Positions 26,401 through 30,844 of a stretch of 30,844 nucleotides of DNA are shown here, in pieces. Each line of letters starts with the position of its first letter. The stretch's first letter is position 1. A model generated the notes under the pieces. That model saw only the letters and a list, made by a program, of their open reading frames with translations. It searched no databases and was not told where the DNA came from. The DNA comes from a virus. Taxonomy: Duplodnaviria; Caudoviricetes. Made by a program: the position numbers and the translations under genes. The stretch lies in the IMG/VR virus record IMGVR_UViG_3300008050_000185, positions 1 through 30,844 of that record; one strand, written 5' to 3'.

Positions 26401-26884
26401 TTATAAAATTAATATTATAATCTATGCTAAAAACTCGTTTGTTTTGCTGCGTGTCAAAGCTAATAAAATCGGTAATAGGTTCATTTTGATTCTTTCTTAC
26501 ACTAATCACTTGTTCTTGGAAAAGATTAATGAAGGTCGGTTTATCTAGGACACCGAGCTTGCCCGCCATGAGGGCTCTCGTAATGGTGCGAGACTCACTT
26601 TGGATAATTTTTATGCGCAAATATTTAGTTAAATCTTCATTATAAAACCAGCTAGTCATCCCATTTTCATCTATGTGATCCATAATAGTCAGCGATAAAC
26701 TAACCTTGAGGGCGCCCCCATTATTTACTGTGTTCTTAGAAGCCTTAGAGGGACGCAGTGTATTCGCGCGGGTGGGATTTTTCGGGACGCGTCGGCTTGG
26801 CGTACTGCTACTTTCTAATAATATTTTAGTAAAAAATACATCTGGTAAGAGTCCGGTTTCAATGGTGGAAATATTAATATTCAT
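23489..26884 (-). CDS. Large hypothetical virion protein
   Basis: 1131-aa uninterrupted ORF in the structural block; no catalytic motif recognised. Confidence 0.7.
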   Translation of the reverse strand: MNINISTIETGLLPDVFFTKILLESSSTPSRRVPKNPTRANTLRPSKASKNTVNNGGALKVSLSLTIMDHIDENGMTSWFYNEDLTKYLRIKIIQSESRTITRALMAGKLGVLDKPTFINLFQEQVISVRKNQNEPITDFISFDTQQNKRVFSIDYNINFIINDLEPHHLAYFALCFFDLGALCRDYEMEFLLPDANANLVRGLLTGEKVIEKGSLQLETYCFFFENGGQIYSGPTHRMPDGRWMTLETHDATSRYLVRRKMANTKIQDYREVDALKLMDFDLIPAPNVFSKIEKTAPTQRVIQNPPEVYFSDAFISYGTDGQAKFLFQLDYNRIIRDKTQFGNIIDKASNPQAYADIYKGSKITHLKVLRRRVRQEIGDNRLGSPVFGQVVVDPVEPIADITMTGDTPEGILKSTDTNWGGIRELTVLGGATQLRTFTVLDKGFAGLTDGYYQYGIEIEILDGTVDFLNKQLKRLVNIRDMMILYNSTASMPKFYNHKSAHFTSKLTKYYNKFDSDQLPWVKSITVFVDVISSLTRIQDPKSLGKRLYALISPKSGNLEGIRAFNSLIDMLITKLTQILGPRLHTELPGNEVKRQTSSKFKASTITIRRFFNEIYNSNERSDIGMDFLGVPGATRLVGLKTVTKAAFEERITQENTLYWASPDLQNLQSTLGAIDLGPAGGLNTDLLNLSEIAPSYITPAVIFAGPDLVVDRCSSPEFSNNTEQYTGLSAALVASSAGQWAPTNASYAGTPTNTANYSSTMETAGNLACANILGQLNVNVIPSPPTLFSQVTEGLTIDDSLSVGEILGSEDLQVSSDLINSTGDYCEEKILITETDTQSRKNLPIATIFLQDLAVTKNLGPQASNLPMRPSPFVSPVKKNMATFDLNSDTSAISLMRRTKSQSQTYSMTRPEEEPEPETQAMTRPEEDPTRTSVADKNINFDLIPNQIRSLMFGKSEAVSNNWPDTGIDLIKSVDTSEYYRYNYDMISQVEFLSGYKANSNGVSLMMAPQFTLLKAHHLTKLTGQKVLLCRVRPYTNEALGVGISDGIDVKSFDQYFLISTAPSNFSIKKRKSTESPDSAMIELDLTSMSVGSGVLGVLKSEIAQNAQTAPAFQSNMIINQIRTTKLDIL

Positions 26885-26890
26885 GGTGTT

Positions 26891-26900
26891 TATAATTAGT
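26891..26900 (-). promoter_or_regulatory. Putative late promoter motif ACTAATTATA
   Basis: Overlaps the TAA of the 359-aa gene; only 6 nt before ATG 26884. Confidence 0.6.
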
Positions 26901-27975
26901 CATTTTTAATATATGTGGCGCGGGGAATTTGGTCGGGAGGGTCGGTGTCACAAATTTCACTATCTGTATAGCCTGGGGGCCCGTAAATATTTTTCTTAAC
27001 TGGTCCGATGGGAATGTCTGGACAATTAAGTTCTTCATCCACATAAATCCCTTGCGATTTTAATCTTTTTAGGGCCCCACAAATCTCGGCCTCATCAATT
27101 TCGTGGTCCACATATAAATGAAAATAATATTCCACAAAAGTTGGGTCCGGGGTGTAGACGGGCTCCAATTTGTCCGTGGGTCGTAATATACCATCCTTAA
27201 TGGGAGAGTGATGTGGTAAAAAAGAGAGGGGAGTTAAAATTTCTTTAGATTCCTGAGTGGTTCGATCAATTTCATTCTCAATTTTAAAAACTTCAATATC
27301 AAAATTTTCCTTATTAAAGACAGTATTTTCTTCCTCTAGGAGTAATAAAATATTAGCTGGCGTAACCGCAATATAAGTTCCGTCGTGGAAAACCCCCAAA
27401 TTTAATTCTTCCGCCTCCTGATTCGGAGAAACAACCCCCGTGTCAATCATTGTTTCTGTGGCATCCTCATTTAAGTCTTTGACTTGCGTGGTGTAAGTCA
27501 AATCCATATTTATTTGGGGGATTTGTAATTGTTGGAAAGATCCACCGGTGACGTTCGATGAGCCGCTAATGGTACCGGCATAAAGTTGTAATTTAAACCG
27601 TGGCGCCTTATTGAGACTTAAGTCCGCAGTTCCCAAGGGTGCCGTGAGAGAATATAATTTATCGGGCGAAGTCTGCATTTTAAGGCGCTCCAACTCACTC
27701 ATGGTGGGATCTTGGCGCGCCTCGTAATATTGAGCAAAAGCGGTTTCTCGACTTGTGAAAGAATATTGAGTTTTTTGGCGTGGAGTGTTCTCCTGAATTC
27801 GAGGCTCTATATCATTTTGGACTTCTACGAGATCTGCTGCCTCGCCATCATATAAAACATCATTATCAAAAAAAGCATAATAGACAGGCTTCCATTTACC
27901 CAAAGAGAGCAAATATTTTCCGTATTGAGTGAGTTTAATATCTAAAACTTCTTCTTTAGGGTTAAAAAAAGTCAT
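26896..27975 (-). CDS. Putative baseplate/tail structural protein
   Basis: 359 aa; N-terminal VLDIKLTQYGKYLLSLG...YYAFFDNDVLYD resembles the N-terminus of the 304-aa protein; ATGA-coupled. Confidence 0.6.
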   Translation of the reverse strand: MTFFNPKEEVLDIKLTQYGKYLLSLGKWKPVYYAFFDNDVLYDGEAADLVEVQNDIEPRIQENTPRQKTQYSFTSRETAFAQYYEARQDPTMSELERLKMQTSPDKLYSLTAPLGTADLSLNKAPRFKLQLYAGTISGSSNVTGGSFQQLQIPQINMDLTYTTQVKDLNEDATETMIDTGVVSPNQEAEELNLGVFHDGTYIAVTPANILLLLEEENTVFNKENFDIEVFKIENEIDRTTQESKEILTPLSFLPHHSPIKDGILRPTDKLEPVYTPDPTFVEYYFHLYVDHEIDEAEICGALKRLKSQGIYVDEELNCPDIPIGPVKKNIYGPPGYTDSEICDTDPPDQIPRATYIKND

Positions 27976-30844
27976 TTTTTCTTAGTACCTCCAAATGGTC
28001 CCCGTGCCTCATCGGCTACTCGGGCTTCTTTTCTCTTTTCTTGCGCCTCTTGTTGCCGCTCGCCGGCCGGTAAGCTGTTGGTGGTCGAACGCGTCTGGGA
28101 AGCTAGGGGTTCTAGTGCTCTAGTTGCTTGGATTCCAGTATTTAGAAGGTCGGAGCCCGGACCACGAGGGAGCCCGGGGAGCGCTTGGGCCTCATCAGTT
28201 TCGGTCCCAAACCCGACAGTGGCCTCGATTTTTGCAAACTCTACCAATGAAAAATAATCATAAGGCCAGTTATAACTGTACTCGTATTTAGAAGCAGAGC
28301 TTGTCTTTTTCGTGCCGACCAGTCGGGAGATCGGCCTCTTGGCAGCCACCTTGCTCGAATAATCATCATTCGCGCGCTGTTTTACTTTAAAAACCATCCA
28401 CTGAACTTGGTCTTTCATAGATTCGTGTGTGCTTCCCTTAAAATCCCCCATTAACTGATTGGCTAGAAGTTTGTGAGAAATGGAGACTTCTTGTTCGACC
28501 ATCTTTTCGCCAATTTCAGGGAGAACATTCTGCCAAATTTTAGATAAATCACACTGCGATAGTTCATGACTAAACTCAAAGATATACATGGCAAACGGTC
28601 GAATTTGACCAAGATATTTAACAAAATCCATACGAGGAGGGAAAATATATTTTTTCATTAAATCGACCATATCCACAATCGTTTTATGAGGGACTACGCT
28701 TTGAGTTTGAGCGAATATGGTCCCTGCGGCGGTGGCTGCAGCTTGGGAGGCGGCGGATGCTTGATCGGGGGTATCCAAAATACCGTCTACTACCAAGTCT
28801 TCCAGAGCGGCCATCGCAGCTTCAGTAGCCGATGATGCCGCAGAGACTGCTTCGGAGGCTGCCGTTGATGCACCGAGATCTCCGAGGGCAATTCTGATTA
28901 CATTTTCGGGGATTGCAAAAAAATTACGGCGGCCGAGGTGTTCGATAAAGGGAACTGCAACGATACCCTCCGAAATTTGTTTGCGCTGGGCCGTTCTGCC
29001 TAAGCGTTTACGTTTGTTGAAGCCTAGAATAGTGGCCAACGGGCCAGGATATTGTCCCTCTAGATTATAAACACTTTCTCCCCCTTCTTTCATTCCATAG
29101 AGAGCCCCATTGATGCCCGCTTCCCAAGTGTTATTATCATTTTTAAAAGCTTGGTCCGTCCAGTGCCCTCGGTAATAAGGGGCGCCCGGGCGCTCATAGG
29201 AGGGATCAAAGGTATCACCATTGTGGGGATCCCCGGGAAAGAGATACCCTCGTTCGCGGAGCCACGTCATAGGAATGTCATCACATTCGAGCCAGATGCC
29301 CTTTTTCCCTTCAGTCTTTCCAAATTGGTGCCACATGCCTCGGGGAACCGATTCAGAACCATGGACAGGAATAGAAAGACCGTTCGCGTCGGGCAATTCG
29401 CAAGATGAGGAGCCCAAAACATTAACATCGCCGCCGGCGATTAATGAGCGCCTGATGGTTCCTTCGGGATTGGTGTAACCAAAGCTACTTTGGATTTCAT
29501 TAAAATTAGCGTGAGGAGTCTCGAATTTGGGCTGAATGACCCATTTATTGTCTTTAAACCCAAATAAATTGAGCGATGCATCTAGCTGCATGGCGTTATT
29601 ATTAACCGCGACGGCTGAATGGGGGTGTATGGGATAGTAATACTCCTCTCCCGGATTACCGAAATGGCCGTGCTCGTCGCACGATTGAGAGGTGGCATTC
29701 CAAATAGCATTTTGGCGCAGATTGCCTCCCCATTCTCGGGACTCTTGGTCTTGGAGTGCCAATAAACCAGCCTCTGAGAGTACATAAGGGTACACTTCGT
29801 ACCCGGTCGCGAGAGAATACTTCTCGGCATCCAATCGTGGCATGCCATCGACGCGTAATAAAATAACCATCGAATGAGCTTGGAGTTCTTCTAGCGTTGG
29901 GCGCCCAGTTCGGGGTGCCTCGAAGACGATATCTGCCCACGCTTCCCCGTCCATATAAGGAGGGGTAAAGGCACAATAATAGCCGTTGGTGGAATCAGAA
30001 ACTCTATAACCAATCCCCATTTGATTTTGTCGTTTAATCTTAGCGGGGAGGGAGAGGTTCTCCACTTGATATCCCTGAGCCAGAGAACCAGTTCCCGATG
30101 TGGGAGGTCCGAAAGCAGACGGATTGGAATACATAGTGAAATTTTCCCTACAAACAGCAGAGGGAGGAATAACGGGAGGTAGTGTTACTGACCACCCGGG
30201 CAACGATGCCGTAAATGATGATGAACCATAGAATTCTTGACGAAAAATTCCATTAAACGCGATGGGGTCCTGCGGAAGATCAAAATTAATAATTGAGTTT
30301 CCATTTTGACCCCTATTTAATGAACTCCAAATCCTGGGTTTATCCATAGTTCTTCTTAATTTGACGCGCATGGCATAAAAGGCGCCCTGGGTGACTGTGC
30401 CAAAGCTCGTAGCGGGATTGGATTCTATACTTCCAAATTCTTCGTCTTGTAAAAAGAATTCCGGGACTTCGGCTAAAAAATTATTAATGGCACGTTCATA
30501 TAAAACGCTATCGAACTGCCCGTTCCACCGATTGCGCAAAGAATACCATCCAGGCGGCTCGTCGTGACCTGAATATCGCCCTGCGTAGTTAGCCAAATCC
30601 AATATAGACGAGGAGGGGATGATTCCATAATTATATGTAGCGTCAGGATGTGGCTCCATATCTGCTATAGGGAGATCGCTAAGATAATTAGAGGGCTCCA
30701 CCAAAGCCTCGAAGGGAATTCGATAATCGAAACCTTGATGACCATTTGATCCTGTTCCAAGAGCATACATCCAGGTTGGAGCGTCAAACCATAAGTCGGA
30801 TCCGGCACCAGTAAAGACGCCGCGTGTCTCAGTATATTGAGTAA
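27972..30844 (-). CDS. Very large hypothetical virion protein, 3' part (5'-truncated by the window)
   Basis: The frame stays open from the window edge (TQYTETRGVFTGAGSDLWFDAPTW-M), so the ATG at 30770 is probably internal. C-terminal motifs include WVIQPKFETP, WMVFKVKQRA and YSYNWPYDYFSLVE. Confidence 0.7.
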   Translation of the reverse strand, partial: TQYTETRGVFTGAGSDLWFDAPTWMYALGTGSNGHQGFDYRIPFEALVEPSNYLSDLPIADMEPHPDATYNYGIIPSSSILDLANYAGRYSGHDEPPGWYSLRNRWNGQFDSVLYERAINNFLAEVPEFFLQDEEFGSIESNPATSFGTVTQGAFYAMRVKLRRTMDKPRIWSSLNRGQNGNSIINFDLPQDPIAFNGIFRQEFYGSSSFTASLPGWSVTLPPVIPPSAVCRENFTMYSNPSAFGPPTSGTGSLAQGYQVENLSLPAKIKRQNQMGIGYRVSDSTNGYYCAFTPPYMDGEAWADIVFEAPRTGRPTLEELQAHSMVILLRVDGMPRLDAEKYSLATGYEVYPYVLSEAGLLALQDQESREWGGNLRQNAIWNATSQSCDEHGHFGNPGEEYYYPIHPHSAVAVNNNAMQLDASLNLFGFKDNKWVIQPKFETPHANFNEIQSSFGYTNPEGTIRRSLIAGGDVNVLGSSSCELPDANGLSIPVHGSESVPRGMWHQFGKTEGKKGIWLECDDIPMTWLRERGYLFPGDPHNGDTFDPSYERPGAPYYRGHWTDQAFKNDNNTWEAGINGALYGMKEGGESVYNLEGQYPGPLATILGFNKRKRLGRTAQRKQISEGIVAVPFIEHLGRRNFFAIPENVIRIALGDLGASTAASEAVSAASSATEAAMAALEDLVVDGILDTPDQASAASQAAATAAGTIFAQTQSVVPHKTIVDMVDLMKKYIFPPRMDFVKYLGQIRPFAMYIFEFSHELSQCDLSKIWQNVLPEIGEKMVEQEVSISHKLLANQLMGDFKGSTHESMKDQVQWMVFKVKQRANDDYSSKVAAKRPISRLVGTKKTSSASKYEYSYNWPYDYFSLVEFAKIEATVGFGTETDEAQALPGLPRGPGSDLLNTGIQATRALEPLASQTRSTTNSLPAGERQQEAQEKRKEARVADEARGPFGGTKKK

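Noticed and set aside
748-29976. Other plus-strand and nested alternate-frame ORFs in the track
   Set aside because: All overlap well-supported minus-strand genes and lack recognisable motifs.
1-30844. Genome-wide stop-codon reassignment (TAG to Gln or TGA to Trp)
   Set aside because: Long genes are intact under the standard code. TAG at 2572, 5934 and 16012 and TGA at 1008, 4369, 11781, 12609, 16982 and 27972 behave as real stops, mostly overlapping the next SD or start. Only the 21456 TAG is anomalous.
1-30844. tRNA, rRNA or large structured ncRNA genes
   Set aside because: Intergenic gaps are under about 80 nt and no cloverleaf was seen by eye; a covariance-model search was not run.

Overview
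30.8-kb fragment of a large T4-like (gp17/gp20/gp21/gp22/gp23-type) tailed-phage genome. Genes are densely packed and all real ones lie on the minus strand. In transcription order (right to left): a block of large uncharacterised tail/baseplate-like proteins (5'-truncated at the right edge); a DNA-metabolism island (RuvC-like resolvase, DnaG/gp61-type primase, single-chain Mre11-Rad50/SbcD-SbcC fusion); a candidate lysis cassette (holin-like plus two spanin-like membrane proteins); two conserved unknowns; large terminase; portal; prohead core proteins; prohead protease; three paralogous putative decoration/fibre proteins; a phage-encoded ribosomal protein bS21; scaffold; and the 5' part of the major capsid gene (missed by the ORF track). 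Main observations: (i) bS21 sits inside the head module of a phage that uses strong Shine-Dalgarno sites and a sigma70 promoter; (ii) a near-consensus sigma70 promoter is positioned to give a leaderless primase mRNA; (iii) a recurrent ACTAWTTAWW motif lies upstream of late genes; (iv) one in-frame TAG splits an otherwise continuous 918-codon structural ORF; (v) an unannotated 29-aa CxxxC peptide runs through a terminator hairpin just upstream of the protease. All product calls come from motif recognition by eye; no database searches were run.
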